Virus record (IMG/VR): IMGVR_UViG_3300005261_000049
Coordinates: 1 to 31,371 of that record
Reading direction: 5' to 3' (one strand)
DNA length: 31,371 bases
From: a virus
Taxonomy: Duplodnaviria > Caudoviricetes
The translations under genes and the position numbers were made by a program. Under the pieces are notes generated by a model, which saw only the letters and a list, made by a program, of their open reading frames with translations, searched no databases and was not told the DNA's origin. Numbering within the stretch: position 1 is the first letter of the stretch; each line of letters begins with the position of its first letter. This document shows, in pieces, positions 1-8,674 of this stretch.

Positions 1-1242
1 ATGCCTCTCACAGACACTTTCGTTAAGCAGATCAAGCACTCAGGCCGGCCTGCCGGTGACAAGCACAGCGATGCACAGGGCCTGTACTTGCATGTCAAAG
101 AGGCGGGCAAGTATTGGCGCTTGGCTTACCGCTTTGGTGGCAAGCAAAAGACGCTGGCCTTGGGTGTCTATCCAGCAGTGAGCCTGGCGAACGCGCGGCG
201 CAAGCGGGATGAGGCCAGGGAGCAGCTGGCCCTGGGTGCTGATCCCGGTGTGCAAAAGCGCGTCCAAAAGATGCAGTCAACCCAAGCCGCGGCCAATACC
301 TTTGAGACGGTGGCCAGGGAGTTCCACGCGACCAAGGCAGATAGCTGGAGCCCTGGGCACTCCATGCGCTGGATGCGCAGCATGGAAAAGGATGTGTTTC
401 CGACAGTGGGCAAAATGCTGCTGCCCGATGTCACCGCTCCCCTGATGCTGACCGTGCTCCGCAAGGTGGAGTCCCGAGGGGCCAGGGAGACTGCCAGCAA
501 GCTCAAGGAGCAGTCCGGGCAAGTCTTTCGCTATGGCATCCAGACGGGCCGCTGTACCTCAAACCCGGTCCCAGACTTGTCCGGAGCTTTGGCGCCAGTC
601 GTTGTAAAGCACATGGCGGCAGTGCTGGATCCCAAGGCTGCAGGCGCGTTGATGCGCGCGATTGACGGTTACCAAGGGCAGCCTTTGACACGTGCAGCCT
701 TGCTGCTCTCCGCTCTGCTGTTCCAGCGCCCGGGCAACATAAGGGCCATGGAGTGGGCGTGGATCGACTTTGAGGCTGCAATGATGACCATCCCTGCAGC
801 CAGCATGAAGCGAACGATTGAGGGGAAGATTAACGGCCGGCCGCACTTTGTGCCGCTGGCTCCACAGGCCATTGAAGTCCTGAAAGAAATTCACGCCCTC
901 ACTGGCCATGGCCGGTACGTTTTCCCCAGCGCGCGCACCGGGGAAAGGCCCATGAGTGACGCGACGGTGGGGGCTGCACTTAGAAGGCTTGGCTACACCA
1001 GCGATGAAATGACCGCGCACGGGTTCAGAGCCATGGCCAGAACGCTTTTGATTGAGCGGCTGCCAGGCATTCAGGCGGATGTAATCGAAGCGCAGTTAGC
1101 GCACGGTAAGTCTGGCCCACTGGGTGCCGCCTACGACCGAGCGGACTACATGGAGCAGCGCAGGCAATTGATGAGCATCTGGGCCAATTACCTTGACCAG
1201 ATCAAGAGTGGCGCAGAGATCATTCAGTTCAAGCAGGCATGA
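1..1242 (+). CDS. int: P4-type (IntA-like) tyrosine integrase with N-terminal Arm-DNA-binding (DUF4102-like) domain
   Basis: N-terminal DAQGLYLHV...KYWRLAYRFGGKQKTLALGVYPAVSLA; catalytic residues R (FQRPGNIR), HGFR, H (QLAH), Y (AAYDRA). Confidence 0.96.
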   Translation: MPLTDTFVKQIKHSGRPAGDKHSDAQGLYLHVKEAGKYWRLAYRFGGKQKTLALGVYPAVSLANARRKRDEAREQLALGADPGVQKRVQKMQSTQAAANTFETVAREFHATKADSWSPGHSMRWMRSMEKDVFPTVGKMLLPDVTAPLMLTVLRKVESRGARETASKLKEQSGQVFRYGIQTGRCTSNPVPDLSGALAPVVVKHMAAVLDPKAAGALMRAIDGYQGQPLTRAALLLSALLFQRPGNIRAMEWAWIDFEAAMMTIPAASMKRTIEGKINGRPHFVPLAPQAIEVLKEIHALTGHGRYVFPSARTGERPMSDATVGAALRRLGYTSDEMTAHGFRAMARTLLIERLPGIQADVIEAQLAHGKSGPLGAAYDRADYMEQRRQLMSIWANYLDQIKSGAEIIQFKQA

Positions 1243-1711
1243 GTGGCTGCATGACGCAGGGGGGGGCAGATGGCAGCTAGCGTCCCGTTGTAGGCGCTCG
1301 TGCCTTATGAGGCTATGTCCGTTGCGCAGCGTCAGGTGCCGGTCACGGCGGGCAGACCTGCTCACGCTTGGTATCGGCAAGCCGGCATCGGATCAGGAGG
1401 CCGGCATTGGGATGAACGGCCGCAGTGCGGAGTACGGCGACTATGGCAAGCGGCAGAGCGACCTCACTGCTTGACCGGCTTCTACGCGATGCGACTCACG
1501 GTGTAGCGCCCTCTGCAACAAATGTCCCTCGATCTCGGTGGCAGAAGGCGGACATGCTCAAAGCGCCGAAGCATCTCGTAGACTATCCCGAAGGGACTCG
1601 GCCAACCAGCTAACCCATCAGCACGGTAGCGGCGTGCTTAAATCCGCGAACTCTCAGCGACAGGCGTAGCTGGCAATCCGACCAGCCGCAGCAATAGAAC
1701 ATGGAGGAACT

Positions 1712-2704
1712 GTGGCAGAGACCAAGAACATTGACGAGATTGCAGGCCGTCTGTCGAAGTACGTCTTCAAGCACTTCTTGTGGGCCACGCATCCGAAGAC
1801 CGACGACAACTTTGAGTGCACTAACGAGAAACACGTTGGCGAGGGCGGGAAGCCGAAGGCGACACATCCGGGCGACGTGGTCTTTCACTACCGTGACCCG
1901 TATCTCGGGAAGACGGTGTACCTGCATACAGATCTGAAGAGCTACGCGGAGGACACGATCACATCAACAAGACTACGCGGTGCCTTCAAGTCCCTCTGCA
2001 TGACCATCGACTGCGCGCGATGCTCGGATGCCTGGAGAGCCAAGTATTCCGTTGATGAGGGCGAGGCCCATGAGGTCCGCGGACTATTGTTCGTCCACAA
2101 CCATGACAACGGCTATGACAAGCCGTTCTACGACGCCGTCGATAAGGTAAATCTGCAGGCACTGCCGGTCGCACCCGGAACGCAACTGCACTATCTTGGT
2201 CCTCATGACATTCAGCGGCTCTACAGCATTGCAAACGACATCATTCGCCTAAAAGGCGAAGGAGAGTTGCCCAGCACGTACACCTTCTACTACCCGGACC
2301 TGGTAATGACGCGCCGACAAGGCGACGTTTGGGATCAACCTGCGACCGTTGAAACGTTGACGGCGCCGTACATCATCATCAAGCATGGTGCGCATGAAGC
2401 TCAGTCGGCCGGCTACGTCATCTACTACAACGCGCCTGCAACCAGCCCCGAGGAGTTTGAGTACTTTCTGGATAGCCTGTCCAGATTCCAAATGCTGGAG
2501 TCGGGTGAGCGCATCTTGCTGCGCGTCACTCACCCAGACGCACCGAACGACCTCAAGTCAGTCTTTCTCATGGCGCAGAAGAAGTACGTGAAGGCCTGGG
2601 GTTTCGATCCTGAACGCGAGGCGCTCTTGAGTCAGATGCAGATCGAGCGGATCACAAGCGTCACCAGCACCTACAACCCGGGAGACATGGGGTGGCGGGA
2701 ATGA
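1712..2704 (+). CDS. Putative PD-(D/E)xK nuclease; candidate defence effector (GapS4a-like)
   Basis: GGAGG RBS at 1703-1707 before GTG; 330 aa; THPGDVVFHY...LHTDLKSY resembles the D...(D/E)xK motif. Confidence 0.6.
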   Translation: MAETKNIDEIAGRLSKYVFKHFLWATHPKTDDNFECTNEKHVGEGGKPKATHPGDVVFHYRDPYLGKTVYLHTDLKSYAEDTITSTRLRGAFKSLCMTIDCARCSDAWRAKYSVDEGEAHEVRGLLFVHNHDNGYDKPFYDAVDKVNLQALPVAPGTQLHYLGPHDIQRLYSIANDIIRLKGEGELPSTYTFYYPDLVMTRRQGDVWDQPATVETLTAPYIIIKHGAHEAQSAGYVIYYNAPATSPEEFEYFLDSLSRFQMLESGERILLRVTHPDAPNDLKSVFLMAQKKYVKAWGFDPEREALLSQMQIERITSVTSTYNPGDMGWRE

Positions 2705-3801
2705 AGAAGCGAGCACACGGTCCGTCGCTCTACTACGCAAGCGACAAGAACGTTTTCGACGCGCTGAACCAGCACAAGGTGGATACGCCCACGGTGGTGA
2801 AACTGTTTCAGCGCCGGAACATCGTGGTGAGCAAGAAGACGCCAAGAGACGAGCTGGCCAAGTACTTTTCCACGTTGACGCACGACTACTACGACCACAA
2901 AGAGATCGCTGCCAGGCTGGGAGTGGCGGTGAGGCGGGAGCGCACTACTTCGATGGATGTATCGGGGGTCAGCGATACCGACGAGCTGCAAGGCGTCGTG
3001 GAGCAGTTGAAGAAGGAGTTAGAGGCGAGCGGCGACACCGTCCAGGTTTCACGAGATGGTGACAACATCAGCATCCGCGTCCAGTACTCGGAGGTTGACT
3101 ACAAGCGCAGCGAGTTCTCGCAAGTCCAAGTCCGCGACGGAACCATCGAGTTCGTCAAGTCAGCGGCAGGCTACGTCGTGCGCAACACGCAGAACGACTA
3201 CCTCACTGGAGTAAGAGAGACCTTGCTTGCCAAGGTGGAAAAGTCGACATCTGCACCACTGACTAAGGTTGTGGTCGCCCTTTTTGACATTCCTTCGGCA
3301 AAGCTGCGTTCCAAGTTCTTCCATGAACTGGCACGCTCATTGCCTAACTTCGTCCGGCGCGATGTGACGGATGTGTATGTATTCAAAGCCAAGCCCGAGA
3401 CGGATGGCGATGCAGATGATGGCGACGACGATGGTTCGGGGAGCCACGTTGAGAGGGTCTTTCTTCGCGGCAGCGGCGTGAGTCGGTCTGAGATCTTGAA
3501 TGAGCTGCTGGATGAGGAGGACTACTACATCGTCAAGATTGGATGGACCGCGACGGAATTGCTCGGCGATGGCAACGTGTACGACGTCGAGGCCGCGTTT
3601 GCTGACCCCAAAGACTGCACCGGCTTCTCGTTTATCTTGAGCGGTGTTTTCCCATTGGAAGAGGGCAAAGTCTCGACGAAGCGGCGGCCCCCGTACAAGC
3701 ACGAGATTGACGCACTGTCGCGCGTGATCGAGTCGAAGGCCAGGGACCTAGTGGCCGAGCTACGGTCGGAATATCTTGCTGTGGACGCCGGGGGCGAGTG
3801 A
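2701..3801 (+). CDS. Hypothetical protein, gene 2 of candidate defence operon (N-terminus reminiscent of GapS4b)
   Basis: ATGA overlap with upstream stop; ~366 aa; acidic loop DGDADDGDDDG; family resemblance is from memory only. Confidence 0.6.
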   Translation: MKKRAHGPSLYYASDKNVFDALNQHKVDTPTVVKLFQRRNIVVSKKTPRDELAKYFSTLTHDYYDHKEIAARLGVAVRRERTTSMDVSGVSDTDELQGVVEQLKKELEASGDTVQVSRDGDNISIRVQYSEVDYKRSEFSQVQVRDGTIEFVKSAAGYVVRNTQNDYLTGVRETLLAKVEKSTSAPLTKVVVALFDIPSAKLRSKFFHELARSLPNFVRRDVTDVYVFKAKPETDGDADDGDDDGSGSHVERVFLRGSGVSRSEILNELLDEEDYYIVKIGWTATELLGDGNVYDVEAAFADPKDCTGFSFILSGVFPLEEGKVSTKRRPPYKHEIDALSRVIESKARDLVAELRSEYLAVDAGGE

Positions 3802-4481
3802 TGCAAACCAGGTACAGGTGGTTTCGGATACAGCTCCCTGCTCGGGCCAGAGACTTGGCAGCACTTGTGGCTACGCGCTCGTTCGATTCGACCTCGCCGT
3901 CGGGCTTCGCTCGTGTGCCAGGCGGCATAGACGGAACCTCATACCGATTTCTATGGCGGTCTCGCGTAGTCGTTACGCGGCTAGATGCCGAAGGGGTTCC
4001 GACCTATGAGCAGATCGACAGCGTCAGCTTTACAGACTTTGCGCTGGTCGCGGTTGGAGATCTGACCTTTCTCCGTATCGAGAACCCTGGCCGGAATGTT
4101 CGCGACCTACTCAATGCACTTGAGACCTTGGTCGGCATGGGCTTCACTGTGAAGCCGGTCGTATTCGACAAAGGCCAGCCCTCCACGGTGTTCCGTTCGG
4201 TTGATGCCTCAAAACTAGTAGGCTTAAAAGTCGTCGGTGCTGTGGTGTCCGACGATCTGGTCGCACGGATGGAGTTCGCTTCCAAAGAGGGGATGGTGGT
4301 CGAGAACATGACAGTTCTTGACGGCTTGAAGTACAAGGTTGAGCACGCAGTGTTCGAACTCGTCCTAGGCGGGTTAAAGGGGCAAATTGCTTTTGCCGCG
4401 AACGGAACTGTGAAGATCAGTGGTCAAGTCGCCCCGAAGCTCGTTGGCTTGGTGGAGCAGGACTTGCATCTATTCGTTTGA
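3801..4481 (+). CDS. Hypothetical beta-rich protein, gene 3 of candidate defence operon
   Basis: TGATG overlap with upstream stop (alternative GTG start at 3798); ~226 aa. Confidence 0.65.
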   Translation: MQTRYRWFRIQLPARARDLAALVATRSFDSTSPSGFARVPGGIDGTSYRFLWRSRVVVTRLDAEGVPTYEQIDSVSFTDFALVAVGDLTFLRIENPGRNVRDLLNALETLVGMGFTVKPVVFDKGQPSTVFRSVDASKLVGLKVVGAVVSDDLVARMEFASKEGMVVENMTVLDGLKYKVEHAVFELVLGGLKGQIAFAANGTVKISGQVAPKLVGLVEQDLHLFV

Positions 4482-4830
4482 AGAACGCGCCCGCCAGGGA
4501 TGCATCGCGCCGAGCCCTGCCACTAGCAGCACTCGACTGGAACGCTGGTCATGTTGCCGCGTCTGTACTGCGCTTCAATCATCGCCTTCGCGGACAGCGA
4601 GTATCCGGTCTTAACAGTGAAGCAGTCGCAAACGCCGGCACGCGCCGAACGACCGCTGAGCGCTGCCGTTGACGTTCAACTGGCGCGCAGCGAATGACTC
4701 TGACCAGCCTGGACCGGCCGTTCGCAGTCACGCACTGGGTGGCAGCTCCTTGCCGGTCGCTGTCCTTGCACGCTTGGCCACTCAAGCGAAGTCTGGGGGG
4801 CCCAGAGGGTGGCCGAAAAATTAGAGACCT

Positions 4831-4925
4831 TATTCCGCCTGACGGAGTAGGAAGGCCGATGATAGCTCCGGGAGGCGGAGCTATACAGGTGGTTTTTTGG
4901 GGGCTCTCTACTCCGGGAGACGGAG
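4831..4925. repeat. Three palindromes YTCCG-N5-CGGAG
   Basis: TATTCCG-cctga-CGGAGTA (4831-4849), ATAGCTCCG-ggagg-CGGAGCTAT (4862-4884), CTCCG-ggaga-CGGAG (4911-4925). Confidence 0.75.
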
Positions 4926-5039
4926 ACCATCTAGAGAAGCCATCTGTTGTCAGTTTTGAATCCACGACAAGAGCGACTGGCACAGGTCGAAGTCAGCAGG
5001 TGGTGACGCGATGGTTCGACGGCCAGGACAGAAACAAGC

Positions 5040-5063
5040 AAGCCCTCTTTCGAGGGCTTTTTT
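5040..5063 (+). terminator. Rho-independent terminator, probably bidirectional
   Basis: AAGCCCTC-tttc-GAGGGCTT followed by TTTT; lies between the convergent defence operon and Arc-like gene. Confidence 0.85.
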
Positions 5064-5106
5064 GTGGTGGCTTTTGCAGCAAAAGTCAGTGGCTCGTGGG
5101 CATGAA

Positions 5107-5661
5107 TTAATGATCGCTATTTTTTTTGTCGGCCTGGGCGCGTTGCGCAATTAGCATCTCTAAATCTTTGCGCCGCGCTGCAAAGGAGTCTCGCAGGAAA
5201 TTTAGTTCGGCTAGAGCTGCATCCCGGTCACGAATGATTTTTTCGGCCTCAATGTGAAGTTGCTCGGCTTGTTCTTCTATCGCATCTAGCTCTGAGATCT
5301 TTTCTTCTGATCGCTGAAAGTCCGCATCGGTTTTTGCGTTCTGAGCTAGCAATTGACTTTCGACAGAGATCCGCTGGATTTGGTTGACGAGGTTTTCATT
5401 GCGGAGTTTGACCATGTCATACCGCATCGAGAGCATCAAGACTTTGTTTTCTAAGGAAGATACAAGCAACTCAATTTGTTGAGCTGATATTGGAGCACTA
5501 GCCTTAGTAGAAAAAGATTCCTCCAGCCTTGCCACGATCTCTGCGTTCAGTGTTCGATTGTTGGACTTTGCAACTTCTTTTAGGCGGTCGCGCATGCCGT
5601 CAGGCATACGAACAAGCACCTTGTCGGCCTGATCCGATGGATACAAGTTCTTTTCAGCCAA
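5107..5661 (-). CDS. Arc/Mnt-family ribbon-helix-helix repressor with C-terminal coiled coil
   Basis: YPSDQADKVLVRMPDGMRDRLKEVAKSNNRTLNAEIVARLEESF is a typical Arc domain; TTG start. Confidence 0.88.
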   Translation of the reverse strand: MAEKNLYPSDQADKVLVRMPDGMRDRLKEVAKSNNRTLNAEIVARLEESFSTKASAPISAQQIELLVSSLENKVLMLSMRYDMVKLRNENLVNQIQRISVESQLLAQNAKTDADFQRSEEKISELDAIEEQAEQLHIEAEKIIRDRDAALAELNFLRDSFAARRKDLEMLIAQRAQADKKNSDH

Positions 5662-5698
5662 GCTATCACTCCAAGCGCAACAATATAAAAAATCAATC

Positions 5699-5770
5699 TA
5701 TCGAATCGCTATCTTTTGGTTGTCAGGTTGATAGCGATTCGATATATTTCATGGCATAGCAAGTCGCTAT
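5699..5770. promoter_or_regulatory. Operator region of the divergent promoter pair
   Basis: Perfect 15-bp inverted repeat TATCGAATCGCTATC (5699-5713) / GATAGCGATTCGATA (5730-5744), plus related ATAGC-aagtc-GCTAT (5756-5770), in an AT-rich intergenic region. Confidence 0.75.
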
Positions 5771-5787
5771 TTTACTGAAAGGACGCC

Positions 5788-5964
5788 ATGAGCGGTACGA
5801 ACAAAGAGCCGGTTCAGTCTGTTTACATGCGAATTAAGCAAGCAAACCACGATTGGCTGAAAGCACAAGCGGAAAAGGAGGAGCGCCCGGTAACTTGGAT
5901 TGTTAACAAGTTGATTGAGCAAAGCCGCAAATCAGAAGAGGCGCAGCATGAAAAGCAGGCCTGA
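5788..5964 (+). CDS. Small RHH (Arc/CopG-like) DNA-binding protein, 58 aa, absent from the ORF track
   Basis: GAAAGGA RBS; MSGTNKEPVQSVYMRIKQANHDWLKAQAEKEERPVTWIVNKLIEQSRKSEEAQHEKQA has a beta-strand-helix-helix pattern. Confidence 0.8.
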   Translation: MSGTNKEPVQSVYMRIKQANHDWLKAQAEKEERPVTWIVNKLIEQSRKSEEAQHEKQA

Positions 5965-6002
5965 AAAAGGAAACGCCCCGGTAGTTGGAGCTACCGAGGC
6001 GT
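5962..6002 (-). terminator. Stem-loop with a U-rich tail on the minus strand (possible antisense-RNA terminator)
   Basis: ACGCCcCGGTAG-ttggag-CTACCGaGGCGT (5973-6002) preceded on + by AAAAAGGAA. Confidence 0.45.
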
Positions 6003-6040
6003 CGAGTGTCAAAAACCAAGCAACCAAACAAGGAATCGAC

Positions 6041-6295
6041 ATGACGGATTCTAAAGCACCTGCCGTAGCAAGCACCAGCGTTTCGCAACAGGCCAGCCGC
6101 GCTCCTATAGTCAATACGTTCCAGTCTGCTCGCCCCAAGGCAGCAGCAAGTCTTCTCGGTGTGGGGGTCTCCACATTCTGGCGCTGGGCCAAAGAACGCG
6201 AGGACTTCCCGAAAGCACGCAAGTTGTCCAGCAGTTGCACCGTTTTTGATGTGCAAGAGCTGATGGCATGGCGTGATGCCCAAGCCAAGCAGTGA
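6041..6295 (+). CDS. alpA: AlpA-family HTH regulator/excisionase
   Basis: AAGGA RBS; RPKAAASLLGVGVSTFWRWAKEREDFPKARKLSSSCTVFDVQELMAWRD; upstream ATG at 5948 is possible. Confidence 0.88.
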   Translation: MTDSKAPAVASTSVSQQASRAPIVNTFQSARPKAAASLLGVGVSTFWRWAKEREDFPKARKLSSSCTVFDVQELMAWRDAQAKQ

Positions 6296-6304
6296 GGGGT
6301 GGCG

Positions 6305-6559
6305 ATGACGACGACATCCATCACGTTCCTGATTGAGGCCGACAAGCTGCCTCATTACACGGACGCCTACCTGGCCCAGCTTTGGCACATCGCCCAAGCG
6401 AATCCAGCACCATTTGGTGATGCGCAGGCCTGTGACCTTGCCGAACAAGTAGGGCGCGAGATTGTGCGCCGCTGGCTGGCCACCACGCCGCCAGAGCTGT
6501 GGCACCACCAAGGTCGCCACGTCAGCCAATCCAACATTCAGGCCCCAGCGGAGAACTAA
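6305..6559 (+). CDS. Hypothetical protein (satellite/island accessory)
   Basis: GAGGGG RBS; protein-like sequence LWHIAQANPAPFGD; in operon with alpA. Confidence 0.75.
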   Translation: MTTTSITFLIEADKLPHYTDAYLAQLWHIAQANPAPFGDAQACDLAEQVGREIVRRWLATTPPELWHHQGRHVSQSNIQAPAEN

Positions 6560-6562
6560 ATC

Positions 6563-6817
6563 GTGAACATGAAGAACAAAGCCGCTCAGCCAGCGGCTCA
6601 GGCGGAGCTTTCCCTGGTTGATGCCATCGACAACATCCAGTGCCCGCTTCTTAAGGCGCAAGCCCTTTTGGCCATGACGTTTGGAGAGCCTGGGGAAGCC
6701 TTTCGATCTATGGGGGGCGACTACCAAGACCGTGTTTTTTGGACTATCAGCGACCTTGTGACCGAGGCCACCAAGGCCGTGACAGAGATGGCAGCGCTGG
6801 AGGGAGTGCAAGCATGA
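6563..6817 (+). CDS. Hypothetical small helical protein
   Basis: GGAG RBS; ATGA overlap with next gene. Confidence 0.75.
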   Translation: MNMKNKAAQPAAQAELSLVDAIDNIQCPLLKAQALLAMTFGEPGEAFRSMGGDYQDRVFWTISDLVTEATKAVTEMAALEGVQA

Positions 6818-7101
6818 GCAAGAAACCAAAAGCCTGCCCCGCAGACGAACGCCACATGCTGGCACTGCAATGCACTTGGGACATTAGCGAGCTGGCCCAG
6901 GCCGTAACGCGCATGGCTGACGAAGCCGCAGCAGATGGTGACGTGGCCGTAGAGGCGTTGCTGCGCTGCTATGGCGTGCGTATTGCCACGTTGAACTCAC
7001 AGGTGATGTCCTATCTCGACAAGGAAACGCAGGTGACCGCGGAGCACATGCACAAGGCAATCTTTGGACGCATGAAGCAGTTTGAGGTGGCAGAAGCATG
7101 A
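6814..7101 (+). CDS. Hypothetical small helical protein
   Basis: Start at ATG 6814 (MSKKPKAC...) after GGAG; ATGA overlaps at both ends. Confidence 0.75.
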   Translation: MSKKPKACPADERHMLALQCTWDISELAQAVTRMADEAAADGDVAVEALLRCYGVRIATLNSQVMSYLDKETQVTAEHMHKAIFGRMKQFEVAEA

Positions 7102-7505
7102 GCAAAAAGATCAAGACACCAAGCCACCCAAGTCCTTGGCACCCCGAATTCGTCGAGGCTCAGGAGAAGATCGTGCGCATCATCTTGGGCCAAGGCCCTG
7201 AAGCAATCTTCTTGCCGGAGCATGCTGAGCTGGTGCGCACGGCGGCCAAGTACGCCCCGCCCGAGCATGCAAAAAAGCTGGGGAACATGTTGCGCACGGT
7301 GGACTTCGTCGAGGCCAGCCAGGCTGCAAAACGTGTCATCGACGTGTATGGCCCAGGGGCGCTGACCTGGCCTGAGTACGCCCACCTGGTCGACAAGATG
7401 ATGCAGAGTGCTGATCCAGAGTTGGTGGAGAACTTCCGGCTGCAGGCGCAGGCGTGTGGTTTGCTGCCGCCAGATGCTGGCCTGCCTTTGTCTCTGCTGC
7501 ACTGA
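7098..7505 (+). CDS. Hypothetical protein
   Basis: GAGG RBS, ATGA coupling, 135 aa. Confidence 0.75.
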   Translation: MSKKIKTPSHPSPWHPEFVEAQEKIVRIILGQGPEAIFLPEHAELVRTAAKYAPPEHAKKLGNMLRTVDFVEASQAAKRVIDVYGPGALTWPEYAHLVDKMMQSADPELVENFRLQAQACGLLPPDAGLPLSLLH

Positions 7506-7523
7506 AAGCACTGAGCGTGGCTA

Positions 7524-8012
7524 ATGGCTCATAACAAGAAAAAGCCGGTAGATCCTAGAGGTCCCCACGTTCGCATCTACTGGGAGTTAATCGACTCTGT
7601 GGCATGGCGTAGCCTTGGCTATGCCAGCCAGAGCTTGTTCCTGTTAATGCGACGAAAGCTGATGGGCACCAACAACGGCAACATCTCTGCAACCTTGGGT
7701 GATCTCAAACACTATGGGTGGAAGTCCTCTTCCACGCTGGCAAAAGCGCTCAAGGAGCTCCAGTTGTTGGGCTTCATTGCTGTAACACGCCAGGGTGGGA
7801 TTGCCTTCGGGCAAAAAGTTTGTACCCTTTACCGCTTTACGGATGTCGATGTGTATGAATTCCCAAAGCTTGGATTTGGGCCAATAGCTGCTACTAACGA
7901 CTGGAAGAAGTTTGCCTCCTTGGCCGAGGCTGATGCTGCCTTGGCACTCACGGAGGAAAACAATTCCGGCCTTCGGATTTCGAAGCGTATCGGTTCGGAA
8001 TCCGAAGCGTAA
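7524..8012 (+). CDS. Winged-helix protein, putative replication initiator
   Basis: NNGNISATLGDLKHYGWKSSSTLAKALKELQLLGFIAVTRQGG resembles the wHTH of phage/island initiators; repeats sit at its 3' end. Confidence 0.65.
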   Translation: MAHNKKKPVDPRGPHVRIYWELIDSVAWRSLGYASQSLFLLMRRKLMGTNNGNISATLGDLKHYGWKSSSTLAKALKELQLLGFIAVTRQGGIAFGQKVCTLYRFTDVDVYEFPKLGFGPIAATNDWKKFASLAEADAALALTEENNSGLRISKRIGSESEA

Positions 8013-8175
8013 AACGGGCCTGTCGGTTCGAATTCCGAAGCAGTGGGCGTTTTACTACTTCAGAAACTGAAGCAGTAGAAAAAATCAAAATCCGCCTCTA
8101 ACCCGCATGCAGCCTAGTTTTCTGGGCCTTGCGGGTTTTTTAATGCTGGAAAGCTCACTGCTTCGAAATTCGAAC
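7971..8175. repeat. Five 15-bp imperfect palindromes (STTC...GAAS), putative iterons/origin
   Basis: CTTCGGATTTCGAAG 7971, GTTCGGAATCCGAAG 7993, GTTCGAATTCCGAAG 8026, CTTCAGAAACTGAAG 8058, CTTCGAAATTCGAAC 8161; first spacings 22, 33, 32 bp. Confidence 0.75.
8100..8141 (+). terminator. Putative terminator of the alpA-rep operon
   Basis: AACCCGCA...TGCGGGTT stem (with inner GCCTAG/CTGGGC) followed by a T-run. Confidence 0.55.
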
Positions 8176-8610
8176 ACCTTTATATGCTGCCATCCATGCA
8201 GCAAGTTAGAGGTGCAGATTAGGTCTGTGTCGCGGTGACCCAGAACGCCAAACGTCGGCCTGCACCCATCGATCTACGGGCTGTCTGAGCGGCTGATCAG
8301 CGGTGAACGGACCACCTGGCGCACGATATGCGATCTGGAGGACGGGTAGTGGATTGCAGGGGGGACAAATGCGGCCGTCACGCGTGACATTGCCGTGACT
8401 GTGCGTGACAGCAACGCATGAAACAGGATGATAGGTCAAGCGGTAACGGGCTTGGATCATTACGTGCATGCCGCCGTAACGTTTCATGTAACGCCTGTAA
8501 CGTTACATGGGCGCAGAAAGCTGGGTGCCGGGCTTCTGAGCCGTAGGCCTAGGAGCAGGGCGTGCCAAACTGTTCCCCAACCGTTGGATAGCAGTTTCGC
8601 AACTGTTGCC

Positions 8611-8674
8611 AAACCCTTTCTTGAAGGCTTGGGCAAACCCTTTCTTGAAGGCTTGGGCAAAGCGTTTCTGGAAG
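8611..8674. repeat. 24-bp tandem repeat AAACCCTTTCTTGAAGGCTTGGGC x2 plus a degenerate third copy
   Basis: 8611-8634 identical to 8635-8658; AAAGCGTTTCTGGAAG at 8659-8674. Confidence 0.9.

Noticed and set aside
4478-5110. ORFs 4478-4672, 4694-5110 and 4579-4983
   Set aside because: No RBS or domain; 4694-5110 runs through the palindromes and the terminator, and 4579-4983 through the palindromes
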